A stretch of 25,892 bases of DNA from assembly GCA_038231455.1 (NCBI GenBank), contig JBBRLI010000032.1, positions 1-25,892 on the forward strand, in the 5' to 3' direction. Position 1 is the first letter of the stretch. Every line of letters begins with the position of its first letter. Of the stretch, positions 25,767-25,892 are shown piece after piece. The notes under the pieces were generated by a model. The model did not search any database, had not been told where the DNA came from, and was given only the letters and a program-made list of their open reading frames with translations. A program made the translations under genes and the position numbers. The DNA comes from Vulcanimicrobiales bacterium (GTDB lineage Bacteria; Vulcanimicrobiota; Vulcanimicrobiia; Vulcanimicrobiales; Vulcanimicrobiaceae).

Positions 25767-25892
25767 CTATTGCGGCTTCGGCGAGGGTTTCATCGCGTGG
25801 TCGCCCTTCATTGCGTGGTCGCCCTTCATCGCGTGGTCGCCCTTCATCGCGTGGTCGCCCTTCATCGCGTGGTCGCCCTTCATCGCGTGGTC
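25767..25892 (-). CDS. 3' end of His/Met-rich repeat protein (MXKDX-repeat-like); 5' part outside window
   Basis: Minus strand reads (DHAMKG)x5-DHAM-KPSPKPQ-TAG. Confidence 0.8.
   Translation of the reverse strand, partial: DHAMKGDHAMKGDHAMKGDHAMKGDHAMKGDHAMKPSPKPQ
25791..25892. repeat. 18-bp tandem repeat CATCGCGTGGTCGCCCTT (at least 5.7 copies, continues off window)
   Basis: Direct reading; one synonymous variant unit (CATTGCG). Confidence 0.95.

Noticed and set aside
25791-25892. CRISPR array
   Set aside because: Units are contiguous with no spacers, 18 nt long and in frame, so this is a coding tandem repeat.

Overview
GC-rich bacterial window with three parts. The gene repertoire tentatively suggests a Ca. 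Eremiobacterota-like soil bacterium; this is inference only. (1) 1-2719 is the end of a prophage-like element integrated at tRNA-Thr(CGT). It holds an AT-richer IS200/IS605-family tnpB on the minus strand that runs off the window and is missing from the ORF track, a holin-like gene and a GH24 endolysin. Its tyrosine integrase appears to lack the N-terminal arm-binding domain, and its frame ends inside the tRNA. (2) About 2.8-21.9 kb is a low-oxygen/redox island. It encodes two universal stress proteins, CHAD, PPOX-like and Acg-like flavoproteins, phosphoketolase plus acetate kinase, three paralogues of an uncharacterised ~150-aa family, and an OmpR-type regulator with a sensor-less Cys-rich kinase. 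It also encodes a Cyc2-like cytochrome-porin, two free CuA cupredoxins, a monoheme cytochrome c, and a ba3-type oxidase with SCO. Eight promoters in the island share a TTCnnn motif (tandem TTCnnn-N5-TTCnnn at seven) at a fixed phase to the -10 box, suggesting an undescribed regulon. (3) 21.9-25.9 kb holds AraC, cupin, a WtpA/ModA-like binding protein, panE and the 3' end of a (DHAMKG)n repeat protein. All calls come from reading motifs by eye; no database searches were run.
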